This document shows, one piece after another, positions 1 through 7,192 of a stretch of 32,000 nt of DNA. The translations under genes and the position numbers were made by a program. Position 1 is the first letter of the stretch; each line of letters begins with the position of its first letter. The stretch comes from Gemmata obscuriglobus (GTDB lineage: Bacteria; Planctomycetota; Planctomycetia; Gemmatales; Gemmataceae). Location of the stretch: contig NZ_CP042911.1 in the NCBI RefSeq assembly GCF_008065095.1, positions 4,170,001 to 4,202,000 of the forward strand. The letters run 5' to 3'. The notes beneath the pieces were generated by a model. That model saw nothing but the letters and a program-made list of their open reading frames with translations. It searched no databases and was not told the DNA's origin.

Positions 1-181
1 TGGCGTTGCGGACCGCCAGGGTGAGGAGCCGGACCGTGTTGCTGGTCCGGCCCAGATCGTGGACGTGGACGATGAGAAGGAGCGGGGTGTGGGTTGCGAG
101 TCGCGGCGCGTGCGCGCATACGCACAGCCACGCGTGAAGGCGGCAGGCGGGGCAGGGGGTCGGGTCGCGGTCGGCGGACAT
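1..181 (-). CDS. DTW-domain protein (tRNA-uridine aminocarboxypropyltransferase-like), N-terminal about 60 codons; the rest runs off the left edge
   Basis: Minus-strand ATG at 181-179 is preceded by AGGAG (RC of 186-190). Translation is MSADRDPTPCPACRLHAWLCVCAHAPRLATHTPLLLIVHVHDLGRTSNTVRLLTLAVRNA. This shows the CxxC...CxC cluster plus the 'H..E/D...SNT.rL' stretch typical of the DTW domain N-terminus. It is not listed in the ORF track because it is truncated by the window edge. Confidence 0.6.
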   Translation of the reverse strand, partial: MSADRDPTPCPACRLHAWLCVCAHAPRLATHTPLLLIVHVHDLGRTSNTVRLLTLAVRNA

Positions 182-356
182 CGGGCTCCTGGTTATTCGG
201 GCGACATCGCGAACGAGCCGGGGCGCCACGGAAACCCGATACGTGCGGGTGTTCACGTGATCGCGGTTCGTTCCCGTCCCAGAGGATGAACTTATTGAAG
301 CCGCGCCGTGTGAGCCGGCTTCGCCTTCGCGGTCGGAGAAGCTAAGATTCGAATAA

Positions 357-610
357 TCGAAGTGTCAAATCGGCCACGGGGACCAGCACCTGTTCGCCGC
401 GGTTCTGCTGGCGGGCCTGTTGCAGGTGGCGTTCGGCGTGCTGCGGTGGGGCAAGTTCGTCTACCTGATACCGCTGCCTGTCACCATCGGGTTCGTGAAC
501 GGGTTCGAGCCGTTTCGCGTCCGCGGTGCGGTCGGGTCGGCGCGGTAGCTGAGCGGATTCCGGTTGCGGCCCTGGTGGGCGTGATGCTCCTGGTGGCTCG
601 TTCCACGACC
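357..610 (+). pseudogene. Decayed remnant of a SulP-family anion transporter: two short fragments in different frames, with no start codon and a large internal deletion
   Basis: The frame starting at 381 reads DQHLFAAVLLAGLLQVAFGVLRWGKFVYLIPLPVTIGFVNG (381-503). It then runs into unrelated sequence and a TAG at 546-548, and an in-frame TAA lies at 354-356 upstream. The frame of 551 reads ERIPVAALVGVMLLVA, resembling the last TM segment before the STAS domain of SulP proteins. Recognition is from memory of SulP conserved segments. Confidence 0.5.
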
Positions 611-913
611 CGCCGCTCGGCTGCTCGCACTCCTTCGTGTACCGTTGCACCGCCCCAGCCCAGCTTGTCCGTATGCCCCGTTGGTCCAGCGGCCGACCGT
701 CGGTGAGGGTCGAAAGCAGGTCAGCCGCCGGTATGCGTGGGTCCGCCCGCAATCCGCCCTCGAAAGGGGAGTGGGCGGTGCCAGGAAGGTCTCGGCCTTT
801 GCAGTCGTTCAACTCGCTCAAAATCTGGAGTGGTGCACTTAAACTGCTCTGGGGGCATCGACTCCCATTCCGACGGCTTATGAGTCGGCAGAAGTCCACA
901 GCCGCACCTCGGA

Positions 914-2002
914 TCAGGCTCGCGGTTCGGTCTTTTGCCGCACCGGAAGAACGTCCTTCAGCACGTCCCGTGCGGCCCGGATCGTTCGCTCGGTCGTGGC
1001 CCAGTCGATGCAGGCGTCGGTCACCGAACACCCGTACCGGAGCTGGGACAGATCTTTCGGGATCGGCTGGTTACCGCCCTCGATGTGACTTTCGAGCATC
1101 AGCCCGACGATCGATCGGTTGCCGAGCCGGATCTGGTTGACGCAGTCGCTCATCACGAGCGGTTGCAGTTCGGGCCGCTTGTACGAGTTGCCGTGGGAGC
1201 AGTCCACCACGATGTTGGCGGCCAGCTTGGCCTTCGCCAGCGCCTGCTCGGTCATCAAGATGCTGACCGTGTCGTAGTTCGGCCGGGCACCGCCCCCGCG
1301 GAGCACGATGTGCCCGTACCGGTTGCCGCGGGTGCGCACCACCACAATCCGGCCCTGCTCGTTGATGCCCAGGAAACTGTGCGGTTGCGACGCGGAGAGC
1401 ATCGCGTTGATGGCCGCGTCCACGGAGCCGTCGGTCCCGTTCTTAAACCCCACCGGTGTTGAGAGCCCGGACGACATCTCGCGGTGCGTCTGGGACTCGG
1501 CGGTGCGGGCGCCGATCGCGGTCCACGAGACCAGTTCGCCGAGGTACTGCGGGCTGATCGGGTCGAGCGCTTCGGTGGCCGCGGGCAGCCCGATCTCGGC
1601 CACCTGCATCAGGAACGACCGGGACTTCTCCAGCCCTTCCTCAATGTGAAACGAGTCGTCCATCCGCGGGTCGTTGATGTACCCCTTCCACCCGACCGAC
1701 GTGCGCGGCTTCTCAAAGTAGACGCGCATGACCAAATACAGGGTGTCCGAAACCTCATCGGCCAGGTGCCGGAGGCGGCGCGCGTAATCGAGGCCGGCGA
1801 CCGGGTCGTGAATCGAACACGGCCCCACGACGACCATGAGCCGGTGGTCCGCACGGTCAAGGATGCCTTCGAGGACCGTCCGTCCTGCGGAAACCGTCTC
1901 GGCGGCGCGTGCGGTCATCGGGCACCGCAACCGGATCTCGTCCGGTGTCGGCACCTCGGCGTACAGTGATACATTTGTATTTGCGAGCTGCGAGCCACTC
2001 AT
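914..2002 (-). CDS. aroG: 3-deoxy-7-phosphoheptulonate (DAHP) synthase, class I (AroF/G/H type)
   Basis: 362-aa ORF with ATG at 2002-2000. It carries class I DAHP synthase signatures: VVVGPCSIHD, FEKPRTSVGWKGYINDP, IGARTAESQTHREMSSGLS, VDCSHGNS. The isozyme (F, G or H) cannot be told from sequence, so the symbol is generic. Confidence 0.93.
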   Translation of the reverse strand: MSGSQLANTNVSLYAEVPTPDEIRLRCPMTARAAETVSAGRTVLEGILDRADHRLMVVVGPCSIHDPVAGLDYARRLRHLADEVSDTLYLVMRVYFEKPRTSVGWKGYINDPRMDDSFHIEEGLEKSRSFLMQVAEIGLPAATEALDPISPQYLGELVSWTAIGARTAESQTHREMSSGLSTPVGFKNGTDGSVDAAINAMLSASQPHSFLGINEQGRIVVVRTRGNRYGHIVLRGGGARPNYDTVSILMTEQALAKAKLAANIVVDCSHGNSYKRPELQPLVMSDCVNQIRLGNRSIVGLMLESHIEGGNQPIPKDLSQLRYGCSVTDACIDWATTERTIRAARDVLKDVLPVRQKTEPRA

Positions 2003-2121
2003 TTCGGGCGCTCATCGGCGTGCCGGGCGTATTTCCCAGAGATGTTGTACGCTTCGCGGCAGCACCTCGCACAGAGCACCTCGCCGCTCCCCTGAATAAG
2101 AAGTCTCCGCGCGCGACACAT
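1999..2121 (-). CDS. Small Cys-rich ORF (40 aa from the only in-frame ATG) with a ClpX-type zinc-finger-like motif; its stop overlaps the aroG start (ATGA)
   Basis: ATG at 2121-2119 and TGA at 2001-1999 overlap the aroG ATG (2002-2000) in the ATGA arrangement. The peptide is MCRARRLLIQGSGEVLCARCCREAYNISGKYARHADERPK. The in-frame upstream codons read ...ATCEFE, giving C-x4-C...RLLIQGSGEVLCARCC. This resembles the ClpX N-terminal C4 finger CSFCGK...RKLIAGPSVYICDECV. The true start is unresolved, because the first Cys (2133-2131) lies upstream of the only ATG. Confidence 0.4.
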   Translation of the reverse strand: MCRARRLLIQGSGEVLCARCCREAYNISGKYARHADERPK

Positions 2122-2217
2122 CTCGAACTCGCAGGTGGCTCTCCGCTCGCGATTTCGGACTTTACGCCCGTTGAAGAACGGAACCGTAGCGTTTCGCAGG
2201 AAGGAAACGATTAAGAT

Positions 2218-2234
2218 CTGTACTTTCCGCGAAT
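2218..2234. repeat. IS terminal inverted repeat (the aroG-proximal end)
   Basis: ctgtactttccgcgaat matches 17 of 17 with the reverse complement of 3677-3693. Confidence 0.9.
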
Positions 2235-2243
2235 CAGCCGTGC

Positions 2244-3617
2244 TCACGCGGCCAAGTCCAAGCACCGGTAGGCGAGGTCGCGGATTTTCGTGTGGTCGTG
2301 GTGCTCGCCCACAACGGCCCGAATCTCCTCGGCCAACAGCTCGTGTTGCCAGGCCCGGCGCTTGTCCGCGTGACTCGGGCGCCGGCTCGGATCGTCCCAC
2401 GGGGACGCGGACCGGTGCCCCACCAACTCGTCCGCGTTCCGAGCCCAGGCCCACACCTCGGTCAGGGTGTGCGCCCATGCACACAGGTGGAAGCACCCGA
2501 CGTTCGACGGCACCCCGCGCACCTGTTGCTGGCCCGTCCCGGCGACTTGTTTGAGATCCCGGAAGCACGTCTCCAGGGTGAACCGGTCGGCCACCCGTTC
2601 CAAGATGTCGGTCACCGTCGCGCCCGGGTCGGTGCTGAAGAACGCGACCCATCCGTGGGGCTCGTCCACCAGCACCACCCGGATCGCCCCACCGGCCGGG
2701 CGCCAGGTGGCCACGAACGTCTTGTACCGCTTCTCGACGGTCTTCCCATACACGGTGAACGTGCCGGTGCTCCACCCGCCGTTGTGCCCGGCCCGCTTGG
2801 CCAACGAGATCCGTGCCGTTCCGTACACCCGCGGGCGCCCGCGCAGCCCGGGCTCCCGCGCGGGCGGTAACGAGCACAGGGCCGCATCCCGGCGGAGCCG
2901 GCTCACCACCGTCACCCCGAGCTTCCGCAGCGGCTTCAGCACCGGCCCCTGGGCGTACGCCCCGTCGGCCACCACCCACACCGCCATGCCCCACATCTTC
3001 AGCCATCCGTGCGCCCACCGCACCAGGTCAACGGCCATCGCCAGCTTGGTGGCGAACCGGGGCCGATCGGTCGCCCGCACCGCGCCCAGGTTCGCCTTCC
3101 GGATGTACAACCGGGCCAACAGGGGCAGAGCCACGACCCCACCCAGTGGATGCGCCACCAGCAACCCGAGCACCACCCACACGTGCCCGTACACGAATGC
3201 GCTCCCGGCCGGCCCGGGTGTCGGGTTGTGATGCACCCCGGCCCCTTGTACCTTCGGTCCGTACCGGGCGGTCGGTGTGTCGTCCAACGCCAGCACCACC
3301 CGCGGCCCGGTCACCAGGGGCTTGAGGATCTCGACCAACAACCGGGTCGCGATGCGCTCGACCCGGCGCCCGACCGCGGCCGCGGTGGGGTAACAGCGGC
3401 GGTATTGGGACGATAATCCGGCCGCCCGAATCCAGCAACTCAGGGCGTGCCGCCCGCGGGCCAGCAGCACACCCAGGAACAGGGCCGCCAACCGCCGACC
3501 CGAGCGCCGATCCAGTGCCCCGGCCAGAACCGAAAACCAGTGGCAACGCGGGGACGGAGTATGCGCAGATGGCATGGCCGTGTCCGTTCGGGGTGGCTGG
3601 TCGTGTGGTAACGCCAT
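2244..3617 (-). CDS. DDE transposase (IS4/IS701-like)
   Basis: 457-aa ORF with ATG at 3617-3615. The candidate catalytic triad context is VLALDDTP, VWVVADGAYA and RFTLETCFRDLK, the last with the R-x3-E-x6-K spacing typical of IS4-superfamily transposases. The ORF sits wholly between the IRs. Confidence 0.85.
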   Translation of the reverse strand: MALPHDQPPRTDTAMPSAHTPSPRCHWFSVLAGALDRRSGRRLAALFLGVLLARGRHALSCWIRAAGLSSQYRRCYPTAAAVGRRVERIATRLLVEILKPLVTGPRVVLALDDTPTARYGPKVQGAGVHHNPTPGPAGSAFVYGHVWVVLGLLVAHPLGGVVALPLLARLYIRKANLGAVRATDRPRFATKLAMAVDLVRWAHGWLKMWGMAVWVVADGAYAQGPVLKPLRKLGVTVVSRLRRDAALCSLPPAREPGLRGRPRVYGTARISLAKRAGHNGGWSTGTFTVYGKTVEKRYKTFVATWRPAGGAIRVVLVDEPHGWVAFFSTDPGATVTDILERVADRFTLETCFRDLKQVAGTGQQQVRGVPSNVGCFHLCAWAHTLTEVWAWARNADELVGHRSASPWDDPSRRPSHADKRRAWQHELLAEEIRAVVGEHHDHTKIRDLAYRCLDLAA

Positions 3618-3676
3618 CCTCCCGGACGGGCCGGCACTCGTCTACTCCGAACCCACCATCACCTCCCGACCTACAA

Positions 3677-3693
3677 ATTCGCGGAAAGTACAG
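3677..3693. repeat. IS terminal inverted repeat (the transposase-start end)
   Basis: attcgcggaaagtacag is the exact reverse complement of 2218-2234. It is followed by the direct repeat ttaagat (3694-3700), which equals 2211-2217. Confidence 0.9.
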
Positions 3694-3853
3694 TTAAGAT
3701 GGGTTACAAGTGAAAATTCGCTCAAGTGTTGTTGTGGCAGTCTTCAGTCTGCAACGTTTGGTTTTGAGGCTTGGACTCGCCGTCAGGGCTGTGAGTCACG
3801 CTATCACAGCCGCCGACCGATTACGGTTAAGCTCCTGGCATGAGAATTGGCAG

Positions 3854-6022
3854 CTAGTGAACGACTTTTCCATTGCCGCTGACGGGAGTTACCACGAGAC
3901 GGTCGATTTGGAAGGGTGTGGCGTAGCCGATTTGGACGGCGAGCGCCTTTGGGTTCTGCACGCGGAAGTCGGAGTGAATCGAGAACTGATTGAACTCGCC
4001 CGTGTAGGACGTAACTAAAATTCCGTTGACTGAGGTGCTGATTCTTCCCTTTCGGACCGAACTGGTTATAGTGTAAGCCGTTCCGGCATGAACGAGGCGG
4101 CGGCCCTGGGTGCCGGTTCCGTTGTTGAGGAGGTCTTTTCCGGCAATGCTCCCCATTCCGCTGAAGTACCCTTTGGAGGGCCAGGTGTCGATCGCCATGT
4201 TGACGCGGTGACCGCCCGCGACCAATTGGAAGCCGAAGTACTCATCTCCCGAGATTCGCCGGACCGTTGCCTCAATGTCGTACTCTTCGCCCGGCTCGTA
4301 GGGCAGTTGCAGGACCCCGGGGAACTGCGGGTTGACGCCCACGAGAGCTTCTCCGTTTCTCCTCCATTCTCCCAGGACGGTGTGAACCCGCGTGTCGACG
4401 AGAGCAAGGAGATCGACTGTCGCGCCGCTCGCTGAACTGTCGCGCATGGGCGCTTTGCCTTCGAGTGCGATCGAGCCTGTTGAGCCCCCGCCCTTGGCTA
4501 CGTTCCCTTCGCGCACGATGGGAGGCAACGTTTCGTTGCCCGTTGCGGCAGGCGGGAGTCCTGTATTCGTCTCTCGGCGCGCCGAATCCGTCGCTCGCGG
4601 TTTGCCCCCGGCAGCGGTCAGCATTATGGCCACGAGAACCGCGAAGAGCGCCACGCTACCCGCAGCGACCAAAATCGGTGCGACACTCACGCTTTTGCTT
4701 TTCGCCCTTTTTCGTCGTGGTCGTTCGCGGCTTTCCTTCTCGGCCTTCCCCGCGTCTGGCTCTTCCTTCCAGACGACGCCGGACGAGATGACTGTATGCA
4801 ACGCGTCGGGTGTCTTTTGCGACTCGCGAGACGGCTCGCTCTCCCGCGGCCCCTCGGGCCGCGGCGTCGGTGAGAGGATCACGACGGGCATCGAGCGGAT
4901 CGCCCGCGCGGAGCCCGGGGGCGCGGCCCGCTTCCCGCTCGGATGTGCCGAACTCGACGGTATCCGAGTTGCCCACGGGTCGGTCGATTGTGCGTCGGGG
5001 CGCGGGGGCGGCGAGTCCGGTCCCTCGGGCGGCGCGGCCGCGGCAAGCCCCGCAAGGTGTTCGGAAATTTGATGGAGGCGGTTGGCGACGGTCACCGCGG
5101 TCTGCGGGCGGTTGCCCGGGTCTTTCGCGAGGAGCCCGTGGATGAGATCCGCTAACGGCTCGGGGACGTTGGGGCTATGCGCGTGAACGGGGGTCGGCTC
5201 CTTGGTGCCCAGCGCCAGCAGCACGGCAGACAGGCTCGCGCCCGGGAACGGGAGCTGCTTGGTGCAGAGCAGGTACAGGACCGCGCCCAGCGAAAAGAGG
5301 TCGGCCCGATGGTCCACCCGCTCGCCGAGCGCCTGTTCCGGCGACATGAACGCCGGGGTGCCGACCACCGCCCCGCTCTGGGTGAGTTCTGTCTCCATCG
5401 CGACCGGCCGGGCCAAGCCGAAGTCGAGCAACTTGACCCGACCGCGGGGCGCTTCCAGCCACATGTTGGCCGGCTTGATGTCGCGGTGCACGATCCCGAG
5501 CTTGTGAGCCGCCGCGAGCCCCAAGGCGGCCTCTCGGGCGATCCGGACGGCGTTGCGCAGCGACGGCGTGCCCTTGTTCCGGATAAAGGCGTCCAGTGAG
5601 TAGCCTTGGAGGAGTTGCATGGCGATGTACGGGGTGCCGTCGCGTTCGTCGGCTTCGTACACGGTCACCACGTGATCGTGGCTGACCCGGGCGGCGGACT
5701 TGGCCTCGCGGAGGAAGCGCTCCTTCGCCTCGGCGTCGGCGGCGAACTCCGGCAGCATCACCTTCAGCGCCAGACTGCGATCCAGGCGCGTGTCCCGAGC
5801 GAGATAGACGGCCCCCATTGCCCCACGGCCCAACTCCCTCACGACGCGGTAGGGGCCGAGCGTTCCTAACTCATCCTCGGTCGCGGGCCGGCTGAAGGTG
5901 GGCGCGGCGGCACTGCCGCGTGGGGTGGTAAATTTGGTCGCACCGAGGTGGTCCAAGGTGGAGATCAACAGACTTCCCGAGCGCGAATCGATGATCAGCG
6001 ACGGGTCGTTCGGATCGGACAT
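3854..6022 (-). CDS. Hanks-type Ser/Thr protein kinase, single-pass membrane protein with an extracytoplasmic C-terminal domain (probably a lectin/LamG-like beta-sandwich)
   Basis: Kinase subdomain motifs are present: GRGAMGAVYLA, ALKVM, HRDIKPANMWL, DFGLAR, GTPAFMSPEQ. A Pro/Ser-rich linker follows, then a TM helix (VSVAPILVAAGSVALFAVLVAIMLTAA) and a C-terminal domain of about 200 aa. The track start at 6046 is TTG. I use the first ATG at 6022-6020 (MSDPNDP), which is preceded by GAGGGAGAGG. Confidence 0.9.
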   Translation of the reverse strand: MSDPNDPSLIIDSRSGSLLISTLDHLGATKFTTPRGSAAAPTFSRPATEDELGTLGPYRVVRELGRGAMGAVYLARDTRLDRSLALKVMLPEFAADAEAKERFLREAKSAARVSHDHVVTVYEADERDGTPYIAMQLLQGYSLDAFIRNKGTPSLRNAVRIAREAALGLAAAHKLGIVHRDIKPANMWLEAPRGRVKLLDFGLARPVAMETELTQSGAVVGTPAFMSPEQALGERVDHRADLFSLGAVLYLLCTKQLPFPGASLSAVLLALGTKEPTPVHAHSPNVPEPLADLIHGLLAKDPGNRPQTAVTVANRLHQISEHLAGLAAAAPPEGPDSPPPRPDAQSTDPWATRIPSSSAHPSGKRAAPPGSARAIRSMPVVILSPTPRPEGPRESEPSRESQKTPDALHTVISSGVVWKEEPDAGKAEKESRERPRRKRAKSKSVSVAPILVAAGSVALFAVLVAIMLTAAGGKPRATDSARRETNTGLPPAATGNETLPPIVREGNVAKGGGSTGSIALEGKAPMRDSSASGATVDLLALVDTRVHTVLGEWRRNGEALVGVNPQFPGVLQLPYEPGEEYDIEATVRRISGDEYFGFQLVAGGHRVNMAIDTWPSKGYFSGMGSIAGKDLLNNGTGTQGRRLVHAGTAYTITSSVRKGRISTSVNGILVTSYTGEFNQFSIHSDFRVQNPKALAVQIGYATPFQIDRLVVTPVSGNGKVVH

Positions 6023-6133
6023 GAGCCTCTCCCTCGGGTTCCGCAAGTCTACCAGGCGGGAGGTCGCCGCGAAAGGTCGTGCCGGTCCGGTACAGGGGCA
6101 TCGGCCCGGGTCGGGAACCGGCCGTTCAGCACA

Positions 6134-6160
6134 GTATATTATTACTATTAATTAATAACT
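6134..6160 (-). promoter_or_regulatory. Strongly AT-rich block upstream of the kinase gene; candidate promoter or UP region
   Basis: gtatattattactattaattaataact stands out in otherwise GC-rich DNA. It lies about 110 nt upstream of the kinase ATG on the minus strand. On that strand it contains TATACT- and TAATAT-like hexamers and the palindrome ttaattaa. Confidence 0.3.
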
Positions 6161-6312
6161 TGTGCAAATGAATGGTGAGGTGCGGGCTGAAAGCGACAGG
6201 GTGGGCACATTCGCCGACGGTGTAATCCAGCGATTGCCTCAGAACATTGATGGCTCATTTCGGATGGTCATCAGCCGCAGCGTCGGCAGTCGCACCGCTG
6301 ACCACAGAAAGA

Positions 6313-6377
6313 CAGCAGCAACGGGTGACGAGGGCGCAAGAGATCCACTCTTGCGCCCTCGTCACCCGTTGCTGCTG
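6313..6377 (-). terminator. Perfect 30-bp stem and 5-nt loop hairpin downstream of the receiver-like gene
   Basis: The left arm cagcagcaacgggtgacgagggcgcaagag (6313-6342) pairs with ctcttgcgccctcgtcacccgttgctgctg (6348-6377) around the loop atcca. It starts 22 nt after the minus-strand stop (6399-6401). On the minus strand it is followed by tctttctg. Confidence 0.55.
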
Positions 6378-6398
6378 CGCGCGATCCGTCCTCGTCGC

Positions 6399-6803
6399 TT
6401 ACGACACTGCGGCGACCAACCCGTTCACACCATCGGTCTCGGCGACGAACCCGGCGCCGACGAACTGAGCCAGGGCCTCACGCTTCGGCGTCCGCTCCGA
6501 GCCCACCACTACCACTTTCAGGTTCGGAAGCGTGTGGCGGAGCTTGGCGCACGCGAGGTATCCGCTTTCGTCGCCGGCAACTTCCGGCACAAGTACCGCG
6601 TGCGGCGCGGTCGCCGCCGCGGCGGCGTGAATGTCACGCCCGGTGGTGAGGGTGTGAACCTCCCACCCGAGCGCGCTGAGCTGTTCTGTCAACTTTGCGG
6701 CCTGCGCGAACCGACCGGCCAGAACCACCCGCTTCGTGTGGCGTTTCGTGGTCCGGGTGGTCAGGGCGTTGCGCGTGCTGCTGGTGATAGTCATAGTCCT
6801 CAT
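6399..6803 (-). CDS. Receiver (CheY-like REC fold) domain protein lacking the canonical phospho-acceptor residues (aspartate-less receiver)
   Basis: 134 aa from the ATG at 6803-6801, which is preceded by a GGAAAAGGAAAA purine tract. The strand and helix pattern resembles REC: RVVLAGR (beta1, no DD), HAVLVPEVAGDESGY (beta3, Pro at the Asp position), LKVVVVGS (beta4), GAGFVAE (beta5, Glu instead of Lys). Assignment is by eye alignment only. Confidence 0.5.
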   Translation of the reverse strand: MRTMTITSSTRNALTTRTTKRHTKRVVLAGRFAQAAKLTEQLSALGWEVHTLTTGRDIHAAAAATAPHAVLVPEVAGDESGYLACAKLRHTLPNLKVVVVGSERTPKREALAQFVGAGFVAETDGVNGLVAAVS

Positions 6804-7133
6804 TTTTCCTTTTCCTGCCGACCCCCAACCAGACACGGCAATTTCCAATTAGTTCGCGTCTGGTGGACCCAACTTGCGCCGCAATCCGGAAAATCGACGT
6901 TTCTTCCGGCGGGGCCGGTCCGGGTGCGCCAGCAAGTTCGAAATCGGCGTAGGTTCTGGGTTCTTTCTTGCCACGGCCGAAAGTTGAAGCTAGAACCGAA
7001 CTTCCGGCGTGCGAACCCCTGTGTCGCTCTGTCGATTGCTCCAGCTTAGAACAGAGCCGGGCGCGAGCGAGGAAGAGGAGCATAGTACACCTGGCCAGCG
7101 CCGTCGAGGTCGGGTGGTTTGAGTGTCGCCCGC

Positions 7134-7139
7134 TATAAT
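7134..7139 (+). promoter_or_regulatory. Perfect TATAAT hexamer, candidate -10 box for the 7193 gene
   Basis: cgcTATAATtacc lies 54 nt upstream of the ATG at 7193. No convincing -35 element is seen at 17-bp spacing. Confidence 0.25.
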
Positions 7140-7192
7140 TACCGCCACCGCGGAACCGTTACTCCCCCTAACGTTTTGAGAGGCCAGAACTC

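Larger units (their letters stand above)
2218..3693 (-). mobile_element. Intact insertion sequence (1476 bp), IS4/IS701-like, one DDE transposase gene, perfect 17-bp terminal IRs and a 7-bp target-site duplication
   Basis: The left end ctgtactttccgcgaat (2218-2234) is the exact reverse complement of attcgcggaaagtacag (3677-3693). Identical ttaagat lies immediately outside both ends (2211-2217 and 3694-3700). Confidence 0.9.

Noticed and set aside
2150-2217. Possible aromatic-amino-acid attenuation leader (in-frame 'VPFFNG' with tandem Phe codons) upstream of aroG
   Set aside because: The Phe-Phe codons are in a frame with no start codon between the upstream stop and them. No alternative terminator/antiterminator hairpins are evident in 2003-2217.
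1999-3018. 339-aa minus-strand ORF running from inside the IS to the aroG start
   Set aside because: Its upstream two thirds are an out-of-frame shadow of the transposase gene and cross the IS terminal repeat. Only the last about 40-50 codons (the Cys-rich micro-ORF) are considered potentially real, and these are reported separately.
6162-7049. 295-aa plus-strand ORF and 6634..7083 minus-strand ORF
   Set aside because: The first is antisense to the receiver-like gene and crosses the 30-bp hairpin. The second covers the intergenic region with no recognisable motif. Both have shadow-type composition.
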